Notes: generated by a model from the letters alone, not told the origin. A stretch of DNA of 64,000 nt from Felis catus (GCF_018350175.1 NC_058368.1:186002001-186066000), one strand, 5' to 3'. Counted from the first letter of the stretch, positions 26,603-40,864 are shown. Program-made: numbers and translations.

Positions 26603-26859
26603 TCCTTTCTTCTACTATTATTTTGATATTACTTCATAACATTTTGATATTATATATACATATAACATATAACATTTTGATATTACTTCATAAATCAATT
26701 GTCACATTTCTTCTACAGCCTTTGTCTAAGATATCTAGGAAATTTTGAATTTCTAGTTCTCAGGCCTTACTTGAAGATCATCTTTCTTCATTTTGCATTT
26801 ATCAGTGCCCTCCCACCTCCAAGCCTGAATGCTATTTATACATTCTGTATCCATCTTTA

Positions 26860-27177
<318 letters not shown>

Positions 27178-30100
27178 TCACAGACCACTGGGAAGAAAGG
27201 AGAAATGAAACAGAATTACAGGAAGGTATTACAATGGATGAAAATGACATTTTTCACTGAGGGTTAGTCTAGCTAATTAAACTGCATAAATGTAAATTAA
27301 AACATATTAAAGTGTACTCTCCAGTTTTCCAGAATGCTCTGTCTTCCCATCTGTAAGTATATTTTTGCCTTTTCCATAGTTGATGTTCTTTCTGTCTACC
27401 TGCCCAACCTCATGAAGGACTTATTTAGAAAAAACATTTTTTGTGAATGCTTAAACTATTTTAAGTAACGCTTAAATGATCATAACGTAGTTCAAGAATT
27501 CAGATGTAATGTCTACTTCTTCCTCCTCTACGAAGTTAACTTGCTCCAACCTATTAATGAAAGTAAGAGACTGATAATTAGATTCACTCCCACAAACCAC
27601 CAGACAAGCCTCTCCCCTCTCAATTGAACTACTAAGGAGAACTCAGTCTTGCTGCTTTTTCTTCCCCCAGGGTGTGTGTATGTGTATTTTTTTCCTCTCA
27701 CTTGCACTGAAAGCAAGGGCGGTTCATTTATCTTTGTTTAGAACCTGGCACTATGGAGGTTAGTTGTAGACTTTAAACCAGTCTTTATTACAGCGAAAGT
27801 TCCTGATCTGAAAACTCATACTAATGGTTAATGTACTATAATTGTATAATTGAAATTACCTACTTCGAGTGATCAAAAAGCCATGTAATATCCTGTGATT
27901 CAGATTTCAATGCCTGAACCTGGCAGAAAACCCCCGCAAGTAGACCAGAAGTTAAGGCTGACTTTGGAAAGATATTGGAATTCCTAGACCTTGCTTCTCC
28001 TCTTGCCCCAAGGTCCAACTCCCCTCTCCCTGCCGCCCACACAAGAGAATTACATTTTTCAGATCTAGGGCCAATGTAAACCTTGCAACAACTGCCATTT
28101 TCATTTTTAGCAGCATTCAGTGAATGTTGGTTATTTCTGTGGTTTATGGTAAAATTTTTAAAATTACAAACTTAAAATGTAAAGTGTCCCATCCCTATCT
28201 TCATTTTACTTTTGTAAATATATGGTAAAGAATGGATCTGATCAGAAATCAAACCACTGCCACATTACCCTGAATATACATACATACGTATGTACATACA
28301 CACACAAACCATATTTATCATCTTTCTTCAATCACACTCATTCATCAATTTACATATATAAAATATATGTATGTATGTGTGTGTATGTATAGGTAAATAG
28401 ATGACTACATATGGCAGACGAAAGCTGATTGCATGATTAACCAGGTTTGAGAATGTGGATGGGAGATGAAGTTTCAAGAGTAATCACTGGCATGGATCAA
28501 CTTAGTAAGCAAGTAATCTCCTCTTTCATTCCTTTAAAGCTTTATAAATAGGAAATGTTATAAAAACTGAGCCACACATCTGCATAAAACCTAACATAGC
28601 CAGCCTTACATCTTGCACTTCAATTGCCATAATGACTTTAAACAACATTTAAATTTCATAAAGCACCCATATAGGGGACGATGGGCTAGACAAAGCTTCA
28701 AGGAGCTCTCAAAGAGAAAGGCCTTGGTGCTGGTGGAGGCAAGTTCTCTGCTAGGAAAATCCTTCTTGGACCTCAATTCATCATTTCTCTAGAGCACTGC
28801 TGAACACTGCCTAATAGAGCTCTAATCCTATGACCTAAATCCTACTAGTTTAAGAAGAAATAACAGCTCTCTGATAAAGAAATTTTCAAATCCCTTCAAC
28901 AACTTTGAGAAAAGACTGTGCTTAGCCCATTGGACATCATCACTATGGAATTGTACCACCATTTAATTCATCCATGCAAAAATGTCTTTAAAAAAAAATT
29001 TCTCCCTCTTCCTTTCCCCTGCCTTCTGTGTGTCTCTTTCTGTCTCTGTCAGACAAATGCACCCTATTCAAGTTTCTTCAAGGGAAGGGAAGAAATGTTA
29101 AATCATTTGGCTTGCTCACTTATAGCAACTCCTCATACTAACAACTAAATGACCCAAGCATGATGGTGCTGTGTTACTGGTGTTACCATCATCTGGCAGA
29201 CAAGTAGGAAAAATACATTAAGTAAAAATACAAAGGATACTTGCTTAGAAAGAATACCACTTTGTAGAATTGCACCAATAATTTATTTAGAGTCATCATC
29301 TGTTAGATGCCAAAACAGTAAATAAATCGATTATTTCATATAAAAGTATCAGTGACAGATTTTATCATACTTGAGGATGCCTACTGAGCCAGAGAGAGGT
29401 TAAAAAAAAAAGAGTTGAGAAATTAAGAGTATACATTTTAAAGTTAGGAAGTACTAGTTCTGCTTTCTAGATTTATCATGTCTTTCCTTTATCACTTACT
29501 ATTTAATGGCCTGGGGCATGTTATTTAACCTTGCTAAACTTCACCAAGTTATCATCTTTAAAATAGAGTTAATGCTAGTATTCTAGCATTTTTTTGACAT
29601 TTTTATGTCAGATTAAGATAATGGTTATTGTTTCACACAGTACCAGACACACAGCCCTGAAAATAGGTCCATTGTAATTATTGTTATAAAGTGACCACTG
29701 TTAGATTTATACCCACAGGTCCAACCATGTAACTAAAACCTGAATCTATAGAAGCTGCTTCCAGGCTTTTATGTAACACATGCTGAGAAGAACTAAAAAC
29801 AGATGTTTTCCAGGAAGAAAAATAATGAACCCCTACATTATAATAAATGAAGTTTTTATTCTCTAGAGTTTTCCCAGCTGAGGTCTAAATTAATGGGACT
29901 GATACATAATCTGGGATTGTTTCCAGATTTGTCTTAAAAAAAGAAAAAAGCACCTCTTTCATTCAACATCGGTTATTTCTTCAGAATTCTGAGGAGTCAA
30001 GACTTCATTTATAGGTGGGCTGTCTAGAAATAAATGAAGTCTGATCATTAGAAAAGGCATTCTGCGGAACTGTTAACTCCATAAGAAGGCCTGGGTGGAA

Positions 30101-30391
30101 ATAAATTGATAATGATTTAAAAAAATGCACTTGACCGTTGAGTGCGCTGAGCACAAACATAAAGGTGAACTTCTAGCTAACAGCATCTATCCAAATGCAA
30201 TAGTCTTTAGAAGCAATTACTTGTTCTTGTACACTTTAGTTTAAAAAATAATCTTATAAAGAGAGAGAACCAATATTTAAATTAGTCTTAAATGAACTTA
30301 CCATCCTGAAAAACATTTTTTTGTAATCTGAGTAGAATTTGTCAAAGACAATACCCGAAAAGGTTGTAAATTTTTCATCCTTGAAAGCTTT

Positions 30392-30422
30392 TTATTTTTT
30401 ATTTTTTGAATGTTTATTTATT

Positions 30423-30470
<48 letters not shown>

Positions 30471-30632
30471 TGCAAGCAGAAGAGGGGCACAGAGAGAGGC
30501 AGATATAGAATCCGAAACAGGCTCCTGGCTCTGAGCTGTCAGCACAGAGCCCAGCAGTGGGGCTCAAACTCCTAAACCCTGGAAGTCATGACCAGAACAG
30601 AAGTCAGATGCCTAACCTGACCCAGGTGCCCC
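30392..30632 (-). mobile_element. CAN-SINE
   Basis: (GA)n tract and head ...cccaggtgcccc. TSD TCATCCTT(G/A)AAAGCTTT at 30375 and 30633. Confidence 0.92.
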
Positions 30633-31088
30633 TCATCCTTAAAAGCTTTCTAAAAAAAACATGAGAAAGCCATCTGACCACGAACCTTGGACAAGCAGCA
30701 TGAATATCTCCTAAAGATATTAATACAAATGCAGAAACTTGGGCCCCAGTGAGATTCCTGAATCAAAATCTTTAATAAATTTACAAGAGATTCATCTGCA
30801 CATTAAAATTTGAGCAACTCAGTCTGTGTTTAAACCAGTCATGTGTACTCCTGGGTGGAGTGCGGTGGGAAGGCTCTTTAAAAATACAGGTTCCCAGTCC
30901 CCACTTTAGATCTGAGTCTCCATGTTGTAAATTAGGTTATTATATTTTTATTTTCATGTTTACAGTTTTATGCATTATTTTCATTTATGCATGATTACAA
31001 ACATGTTTTGAGTTCATGTTTATAATCAGAAACAAAAATTGATTTTACTTAGAAATATAAAAGTGGCTTAGAAAAAAACAAAAAAAAA

Positions 31089-31326
31089 GAGGGCAACTGG
31101 GTGACTCAGTCGGTTAAGCTTCTGACTTCAGCTCAAGTCATGATCTCATGGCTTGTGATTTCAAGCCCTGGGATGAGCTCTGTGCTGACAGCTCAGAGCC
31201 TAGAGCCTGCTTTGGATTCTGTGTCTCCCTCTCTCTCTCTGCCTGCCCCACTTATGCTGTCTCTCTCTCTCTCTGTGTCAAAAATAAACAAACATTAAAA
31301 AATATTTTCAAGAAAAACAAAAAACA
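31089..31326 (+). mobile_element. CAN-SINE
   Basis: Head gggcaactgggtgactcagtcggttaag, CT tract and A-tail. Confidence 0.9.
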
Positions 31327-32914
31327 AATACTTGATTGATGTTCAGTGAAAGTTCAATTATATAGAAGAAGCTAAATATTCAAATTTTGGTACATATTCT
31401 AGATGTTTGACACTAAAGATTAATCATGCAGTTTATGGAATTTTAAATTTTAATCCATGTATTTCACATTTCCAGAAATTCAATAAGGATCTAAGTTTTG
31501 TGAGAGGAAAAATCTCGTCATTGTATCCTCCCAGGGTAATATAACAGCAAATGCTTGGGTGAGATATAAAAACATCTGTCATTTCATTCAGGTATCTTAA
31601 AACCCACTGGATTTGGCATCATAAAGGCAGAATATATATATTTTTTTCTTTCTCTGACATATGTAGGTAAGTAGAATAAAAAATATACAAAAACTCATTC
31701 ATTTTTATACTTGAGCTCTTTTTAAATAATTCGTGTTTCATTCGTTCCTAACATTAGCTTCAATATTTTGTTGGTACAAATCTCGGTTTATTTTTATTTT
31801 ATAGGTGCAATCAGTTAAATACAGGGTATTTTATATGTGAAAATAAATCTCCCAAGACATATATGTCAACAAAATAAAACCTTTTGAATCTTTTCTATTA
31901 AAAGTTCCTATGCATTGGATTCTCTGCTCTGTTAACATTACCTCTTGTGAATCTCCACTGCTTATATAACATAAATCTCTGCTCTCAAAGAGATCCCATT
32001 CGACCTCACATTCTCATCAGGCCATAGAATCCAGTGAGAATCCTCACACTCCAAAAGCATAAAGAACAGAAGAATGTGCTATTCCTTACATCATCATGTT
32101 ACCCAAGTTTGATGAGTTCTAAAAACTTGGCCAAACTCCAGTACATTTACACATATATTCCTTCCTCCTACAATCTTTTCTTCTCTTCACCTCCTAAACC
32201 AGTATTTTGTATGGCTTATCCCTTCTTACTTTTCAACAGAAATAACCTTCACATAGAAGTCATCCCTTATTGTTTTATCTAACACTGTCACCCACCCCAC
32301 CCTTCATACGCAATAGCCAGTCCCATGATTGCTTCATAGCATTTGTTACAATGTCTGTGTACTGATTTGCTTATTGTCTGTTTCCATTACTAGACTATAA
32401 ATTCCATGAGTGCATGCTTAATTAAGATTTGTGAAAAAGAAATATTCTTGCTAACCAGTTTTTCTGAGGTAAATAATACCAACAATAGCTACTTTCCAAT
32501 ATTCACCATGTCCTAGGAATAACTTTAAAAACTTCACATACATTCTCCCACTTAATCCTTAAAACAGTGGTATTCCTTTAATTATCCCCATTTGCCAATG
32601 AAGAACACAATGTTTCCACTAGTCACTTCAGTTTGCCAAAACCAAAACATTTAACCATTATGCTGCAAGGCTTTGAAAAAGAAACTGGGTCCAAAGAATC
32701 TGCTACTGTACATTAGTGAAAAAATAAGATCACCCAAAATAAATAGTTGTTCAAGCTCATTTTCCTCTAGGACAATAAATTAGTTTATGCCTGAGCTCAA
32801 TAACAGTATGGCAACTTCAGCACAAAGTTAATAATATTCAAACTTCATAAGCTTGTTATTCCAGATACCAAAAATTTGATCTCCCCATACCAAGGACTAA
32901 AAGCAGAGATGCCT

Positions 32915-33053
32915 GGGCGGTACCCGGGTGGCTCAGTTGGTTAAACTTCTGACTTTGGCTCAGGTCATGATCTCACAGCTTGTGAATTCAAGCCCCACAT
33001 TGGGCTCTGTGCTGACAGCTTAGAGCCTGAAGCCTGTTTTAATTCTGTGTCTC
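32915..33053 (+). mobile_element. CAN-SINE 5' half (split by the full-length L1)
   Basis: The SINE head and body run up to the L1 TSD and resume at 38982. Confidence 0.93.
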
Positions 33054-33981
33054 AGAGGATCCTGGGAAGATGGCGGCATAGGAGGACGCTGGACTCACCG
33101 CGTGTCCTGCTGATCACTTAGATTCCACCCACACCTGCCTAAATAACCCAGAAAACTGCCAGAAGACTAGCAGAATGGAGTCTCCAGAGCCAAGTGCAGA
33201 CGAGAGGCCCACGGAAAAGGGTAGGAAAGGCGGAGAGGCGGTGCGCGCTCCACGGACTGGTGGGAAGGAGCCCGGGCGGAAGGGCGGCCCGCCAGCCAAG
33301 CAGAGCCCCTGAGTCTGGCTTGCAAAAGCGGAGGAGCCAGACGGAGTGTGTTCCCACAGCAAGCGGGACTTAGCATCTGGGAGGTCATAAGTTAACAGCT
33401 CTGCTAGGAAAGCAGGAAGGCTGGAGGACAAAGGGAGGGAGAGTTGCTAAGCCCCAGGACAACAGAGCTCAGTTCCGCAGGGAACAAAGTCGCTGGCCAG
33501 CGCCATCTCCCTTGCCCATCCCACAGCCAAAATCCCAAAGGGAACCAGTTCCTGCCAGGGAACTTGCTTGCACCGCTCAAACACTCAATGCTGTGCTTCT
33601 GCGGATCCATCCCTTCAGCAGGTCTGACTCCCTCCTAGTGCCACAGGGCCCCTCCCTAAGCGGATCACAGAAGGAAAAGTGACCTGAGCCTGCCCCTCCC
33701 GCTCCTGTGCACCTTGCCTATCCAACCCAGCTAATACGCCAGATCTCCAGCACCACAAGCCTGGCAGTGTGCGAGTAGCTCAGATGGGCCAGGCCACCCC
33801 ACAGTGAATCCCGCCCCTAGGAGAGGGGAAGAGAAGGTACACACCAGTCTGACTGTGGCCCCAGCGGTGGGCTGGGGGCAGACATCAGGTGTGACTGTGG
33901 CCCCACCCACCAACGCAAGTTATTCAAAACAGCACAGGAGAAGTGCCCTGCAGTCCTGTACCACTCCAGGGACTATCCAAA

Positions 33982-34870
33982 ATGACTAAACAGAAGAATT
34001 CCCCTCAGAAAAACGTCCAGGAAATAACAACAGCTAACGAACTGATCAAAAATGATTTAACCCATATAAAAGAAAGTGAATTTAGAATAATAGTCATAAA
34101 ATTAATCACTGGGCTTGAAAACAGTATAAAGGACAGCAGAGAATCTCTTGCTACAGAGATCAAGGGACTAAGGAACAGCTAGGAGGAGCTAAAAAATGCT
34201 ATCAATGAGATACAAAATAAAATGGAGACAACTACGGCTCGGATTGAAGAAGCAGAGGAGTGAATAGGTGAACTAGAAGATAAAATTATGGAAAAAGAAG
34301 CTGAGAAAAAGAGAGAAAAAAATCCAGGAGTATGAGGGGAAAATTAGAGAACTAAGTGATGCACTAAAGAGAAATAATATACGCATAATTGGTATTCCAG
34401 AGGAGAAAGAGAGAGGGATAGTTGCTGAAGGTGTACTTGAAGAAATAATAGCTGACAACTTCCCGGATCTGGGGAAGGAAAAAGGTATTGAAATCCAAGA
34501 GGCACAGAGAACTCCCTTCAGATGTAGCTTGAATTGATCTTCTGCACGAAATATCATAGTGAAACTGGCAAAATACAAGGATAAAGAGAAAATTCTGAAA
34601 GCAGCTAGAGATAAACGTGCTCTAACATATAAAGGGAGACCTATAAGACTTGTGACCAATCTCTCTACTGAAACTTGGCAGGCCAGAAAGGAATGGCAGG
34701 AGATCTTCAATGTGATGAACAGAAAAAATATGCAGCTGAGAATCCTTTATCCAGCAAGTCTGTCATTTAGAATAGAAGGAGAGATAAAGGTCTTCCCAAA
34801 CAAACAAAACCTGAAGGAATTCGTCACCACTAAACCAGCCCTACGAAAGATCCTAAGGGGGATCCTGTGA
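33982..34870 (+). pseudogene. L1 ORF1p remnant
   Basis: Runs MTKQKNSPQK... to ...KILKAARDKRALTYKGRPIRL...RILYPASLSFRIEGEIKVF. In-frame stops at 34180 (TAG) and 34261 (TGA), plus frameshift(s). Confidence 0.93.
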
Positions 34871-34920
34871 GACAAAGTACCAGAGACATCGCTATAAGCA
34901 TGAAACCTACGGACATCACA

Positions 34921-37900
34921 ATGACTGTAAACCCATATCTTTCTATAATAACACTGAAAGTAAATGGACTAAATGCACCAACCAAAAGACATAGGGTATC
35001 AGAATGGATAAAAAAACAAGACCCATCTATTTGCTGTCTACAAGAGACTCATTTTAGACCTGAGGACACCTTCAGATTGAGGGTGAGGGGATGGAGAACT
35101 ATTTATCATGCCACTGGAAGTCAAAAGAAAGATGGAGTAGCCATACTTCTATCAGACAAACTAGGCTTTAAATTAATGGCTGTAACAAGAGACGAAGAAG
35201 GGCATTATATAATAATCACAGGGTCTATCCATCAGGAAGAGCAAACAATTATAAATGTCTATGCACCAAATACAGGAGCCCCCAAATATATAAAACAATT
35301 AATCACAAACATAAGCAACCTTATTGATAAGAATGTGGTAATTGCAGGGGATTTTAACACTCCACTTACAGAAATGGATATATCATCTAGACACACAGTC
35401 AATAAAGAAACAAGGGCCCTGAATGAGACATTGGATCAGATGGACTTGACAGATATATTTAGAACTCTGCATCCCAAAGCAACAGAATAGACTTTCTTCT
35501 CGAGTGCACATGGAACATTCTCTAAGCTAGATCACATACTGGGTCACAAAACAGCCCTTCATAATTATACGAGAATTGAGATCATACCATGCATACTCTC
35601 AGACCACAATGCTATGAAGCTTGAAATCAACCACAGGAAAAAGTCTGGAAAACCTCCAAAAGCATGGAGGTTAAAGAACACCCTACTAAAGAATGAATGG
35701 GTCAATCAGGCAATTAGAGAAGAAATTAAAAAATATATGGAAACAAATGAAAATGAAAATACAACAATCCAAATGCTTTGGGATGCAGCGAAGGCAGTCC
35801 TGAGAGGAAAATACATTGGAATCCAGGCCTATCTCAAGAAACAAGAAAAATCCCAAATACAAAATCTAACAGCACATCTAAAGGAAATAGAAGCAGAACA
35901 GCAAAGACAGCCTAAACCCAGCAGAAGAAGAGAAATAATAAAGATCAGAGCAGAAATAAACAATATAGAATCTAAAAAAACTATAGAGCAGATCAACAAA
36001 ACCAAGAGTTGTTTTTTTGAAAAAATAAACACAATTGATAAACCTCTAGCCAGGCTTCTCAAAAAGAAAAGGGAGATGACCCAAATAGATAACATCATGA
36101 ATGAAAATGGAATGATTACAACCAATCCCTCAGAGATACAAGCAATTATTAAGGAATACTATGAAAAATTATATGCCAACAAACTGGACAACCTGGAAGA
36201 AATGGACAAATTCCTAAACACCCACACGCTTCCAAAATTCAATCAGGAGGAAATAGAAAGCTTGAACAGACCCATAACCAGCGAAGAAATTGAATCAGTC
36301 ATCAAAAATCTCCCAACAAATAAGAGTCCAGGACCAGATGGCTTCCAAGGGGAGTTCTGCCAGACGTTTAAAGCAGAGATAATACCTATCCTTCTCAAGC
36401 TATTCCAAAAAATAGAAAGGGAAGGAAAACTTCCAGACTCATTCTATGAAGCCAGTATTACTTTGATTCCTAAACCAGACAGACCCAGTCAAAAAAGAGA
36501 ACTACAGGCCAATATCCCTGATGAATATTGATGCAAAAATTCTCAATAAGATACTAGCAAATCGAATTCAACAGCATATAAAAATAATTATTCACCATGA
36601 TCAAGTGGGATTCATTCCTGGGATGCAGGGCTGGTTCAACATTCGCAAATCAATCAATGTGATACATCACATTAATAAAAGAAAAGATAAGAACCATATG
36701 ATCCTGTCAATCGATGCAGAAAAGGCCTTTGACAAAACTCAGCAATGTTTCTTAATAAAAACCCTCGAGAAAGTCGGGATAGAAGGAACATACTTAAAGA
36801 TCATAAAAGCCATTTATGAAAAGCCCACAGCTAACATCATCCTCAACGGGGAAAAACTGAGAGCTTTCTCCCTGAGATCAGGAACACGACAGGGATGTCC
36901 ACTCTCACTGATATTGTTTAACATAGGGTTGGAAGTGCTAGCATCAGCAATCAGACAACAAAAGGAAATCAAAGGCATCAAAATTGGCAAAGATGAAGTC
37001 AAGCTTTCACTTTTTGCAGATGACATGATATTATACATGGAAAATCCGATAGACTACACCAAAAGTCTGCTAGAACTGATACATGAATTTAGCAAACTTG
37101 CAGGATACAAAATCAATGTACAGATCAGTTGCATTCTTATACACTAATAATGAAGCAACAGAAAGACAAAGAAACTGATCCCATTCACAATTGCACCAAG
37201 AAGCATAAAATACCTAGGGATAAATCTAATCAAAGATGTAAAAGATCTGTATGCTGAGAACTATAGAAAGCTTATGAAAGAAATTGAAGAAGATATAAAA
37301 AATGGAAAAACATTCCATGCTCATGGATTGGAAGAATAAATATTGTCAAAATGTCAATACTACCCAAAGCTATCTACACATTCAATGCAATCCCAATCAA
37401 AATTGCACCACATTCTTCTCAAAACTAGAACAAGCAATCCTAAACTTCATTGGAACCGCAAAAGGCCCCGAATAGCCAAAGTAATTTTGAAGAAGAAGAC
37501 CAAAGCAGGAGGCGTCACAATCCCAGACTTTAGCCTCTACTACAAAGCTGTAATCATCAAGACAGCATGGTATTGGCACAAAAACAGACACATAGACCAA
37601 GGGAATAGAATAGAAACGCCAGAACTAGAACCACAAACGTATGGCCAACTCATCTTTGACAAAGCAGGAAAGAACATCCAATGGAAAAAAGACAGCCTCT
37701 TTAACAAATGGTGCCGGGAGAACTGGACAGCAACATGCAGAAGGTTGAAACTAGACCACTTTCTCACACCATTCACAAAAATAAACTTCAAAATGGATAA
37801 AGGACCAGAATGTGAGACAGGAAACCATCAAAACCCTAGAGGAGAAAGCAGGAAAAGACCTCTCTGACCTCAGCCATAGCAATTTCTTACTTGACACATC

Positions 37901-38740
37901 CCCAAAGGCAAGGGAATTAAAAGCAAAAATGAACTACTGGGACCTTATGAAGATAAAAAGCTTCTGCACAGCAAAGGAAACAACCAACAAAACTAAAAGG
38001 CAACCAACGGAATGGGAAAAGATATTTGCAAATGACATATCGGACATAGGGCTAGTATCCAAAATCTATAAAGAGCTCACCAAACTGCACACCCGAAAAA
38101 CAAATAACCCAGTGAAGAAATGGGCAGATAACATGAATAGACACTTCTCTAAAGAAGACATCCGGATGGCCAACAGGCACATGAAAAGATGCTCAACATC
38201 ACTCCTCATCAGGGAAATACAAATCAAAACCACACTCAGATATCACCTCATGCCAGTCAGAATGGCCAAAATGAACAAATCAGGAGACTATAGATGCTGG
38301 AGAGGATGTGGAGAAACGGGAACCCTCTTGCACTGTTGGTGGGAATGCAAATTGGTGCAGCCGCTCTGGAAAGCAGTGTGGAGGTTCCTCAGAAAATTAA
38401 AAATAGACCTACCCTATGACCCAGCAATAGCACTGCTAGGAATTTATCCAAGGGATACAGGAGTACTGATGCATAGGGCCACTTGTACCCCAATGTTCAT
38501 AGTAGCACTCTCAACAATAGCCAAATTATGGAAAGAGCCTAAATGTCCATCAACTGACGAATGAATAAAAAAAAAAAATTGTGGTTTATATACACAATGG
38601 AGTACTACGTGGCAATGAGAAAGAATGAAATATGGCCCTTTGTAGCAACGTGGATGGAACTGGAGAGTGTGATGTTAAGTGAAATAAGCCATACAGAGAA
38701 AGACAGATACCATATGGTTTCACTCTTATGTGGATCCTGA
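34921..38740 (+). pseudogene. L1 ORF2p remnant (APE endonuclease, reverse transcriptase, Cys-rich C-terminus)
   Basis: Endonuclease motifs ICCLQETH and GDFNTPL; RT motifs GTRQGCPLS and [10 protein letters not shown]-terminal [18 protein letters not shown]. Broken by a stop at 35488, frameshifts near 36480, 37120-37400 and 37790, and a stop at 38562. Confidence 0.96.
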
Positions 38741-38981
38741 GAAACTTAACAGAAACCCATGGGGGAGGGGAAGGAAAAAAAAAAAGAAGTTAGAGTGGAA
38801 GAGAGCCAAAGCATAAGAGACTCTTAAAAACTGAGGACAAACTGAGGGTTGATGGGGGGTAGGAGGGAGGGGAGGGTGGGTGAGGGGTTTTGAGGAGGAC
38901 ACCTGTTGGGATGAGCACTGGGTGTTGTATGGAAACCAATTTGACAATAAACTTCATATATTGAAAAAAATAAATAAATAA

Positions 38982-39068
38982 AATTCTGTGTCTCCCTCTC
39001 TTTGTTCCCCTCCCCTGATTGTGTTCCCCACCCCCTCAAAAATAAATGAACACTAAAAGAAAAAAAAA
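38982..39068 (+). mobile_element. CAN-SINE 3' half (split by the full-length L1)
   Basis: aattctgtgtctccctctc...aaaaataaatgaac and A-tail. The SINE's own TSD AAAAGCAGAG is at 32899 and 39069. Confidence 0.9.
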
Positions 39069-40864
39069 AAAAGCAGAGCTTGTAATTTAACCTCATGGAT
39101 GTGATCAAGCATCTCAAACTCTTTATCAGTTTGGAGAGCCGTGCACACTCCAGGAGCAAGACATACATATCAACCAGTTCATTTTAAACGATGTCCTCCA
39201 GCCACTGCAAAAATTGTCAGAGCAGGTATGGAAGGTGAAATATATGTCTCAAAGGACATGGGACTCATAATGTGATCATGGGAGGAAGGGACTCCACTCT
39301 GTATTGTCCAAGGGGACTGGGAACTCTCACAGGATGCTGTGGTGTTCTGTAAACAAGAGCATTGGGGCACCAGTTACTCTTTCACCTAGGGCCTTTAGTG
39401 GCCTATGCAATTCTGTACCTCCCAGTAAGGACATGTAAGGAACCTGTGCATAACCTGTTGGGAATGCTCTCTGCCCATGTGTGTACCCAAGTGCGGATAT
39501 ACAAAAAGGGGAGTGTTACAGCAAGGAAGCAAATCCCTAAGTATCAATTCTGGTAATGAATTTTCCTATTTATGATGATTTCCTTAGCTCTTACCAGGTT
39601 CAATTTTTTAATATTAGGTTAACAGCTGTGGGTAAATATGCTTATTTGACTGAGTCCATTATCACACATATATATTCCAGTGTGTAAATGCAAACTGTTT
39701 TTTTTTATTAGCAATCACCAACGATCCATATCAAATAACTCTCTGTGGGGTTTTATTAGGTAAGATAAATTTCAAGGCAAGTCTCAGAACATTCAAACTA
39801 AATTGGGGAGCACTGGAATATATAATCATAAACCCTAATGTAGGATAAGCTTCATGGTGCCCTGGTTAGCTTCACAACTATGTATTTAAAAACTCTGATT
39901 CTTTGTATCTCACCCTTCTATCCTCTGTCAGCTTCAACGCAAAGGTAGCTTGACTTTGCAGTCAGGAGAAGCTAACTCCAACTCCTAAATTCTATGCCTC
40001 TTTATTTACATCTATGAAAACATAGAGAAACTCTTCCAGAAATTCTCTCAAAAAGAAGGAAGTCCTCAGAAGGTCTAATTTCATGCATCACTAGCCAAAT
40101 ACATAGGAATTCACACATATGAAACTATGATCCAAGGCCAAGGGTGGGATTATATTAATTATTTTAGTCTAACTATCCTACCACTAGTATTCAAGATGGA
40201 ATTAGCTTCACAAAAAAGCATGAAGACTTCACAGACACCCAAGGGAAATTGGGACAATTAATAAAGTGAGGAGAGGAAATGTGGAAAAGGCAACCACAAC
40301 ACTGATTGGGGTCCAGGGGTGTACACAGAAAAAAAATAGAAAAGAAAAGAAAATCAATGTTAGGTCTAGAATTATTCCTGAAGTCCATTTTCTCTGGGTT
40401 AGCCACTTCACCATCCTTGTTGGTTTGTTTTAACTGTTCTTGAATAAAAGTGGGAGACTGTGGAGCAACTAGGACTCATTCACTACTGGTGGGAAAACAT
40501 TTTGGCATTGTCTGCTAGTGATAATCACCCCGAAAAAGTCCATCCCTAGATTTATTTCAAAAAGAAACACATGCACATATCCACTCAAAGACTTGTCCAG
40601 AAATATTCGTAGTTGCATTATTAGTAATAGATATAAACATAAAACAAAACATGACCCAAACAGATAAGAACATAATTCAGTAGAATGGATTAATAAAATA
40701 CAGTATATTCACATAATATTATACAACAATACAAATTGGTGAACTATTACTAAATTCAGCAAAATGAAATCTGAAAAATAAAAATTTGAGCAAAAGATAC
40801 TACACATACACTCATATACACACACCCACATGCTGTTTCTGCATATAAAATGTAATAAAAGGCA

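Larger units (their letters stand above)
33054..38981 (+). mobile_element. Full-length carnivore/felid LINE-1, inactivated, antisense to GABRG2
   Basis: GC-rich 5'UTR starting gaggatcctgggaagatggcgg, ORF1 and ORF2 remnants, G-rich 3'UTR, AATAAA and A-rich tail. Exact 13-bp TSD AATTCTGTGTCTC at 33041-33053 and 38982-38994. Confidence 0.97.

Noticed and set aside
34273..37791. Several minus-strand ORFs of 67-145 aa inside the L1
   Set aside because: Antisense shadows of L1 ORF1/ORF2, with low-complexity F/L/S/I composition.
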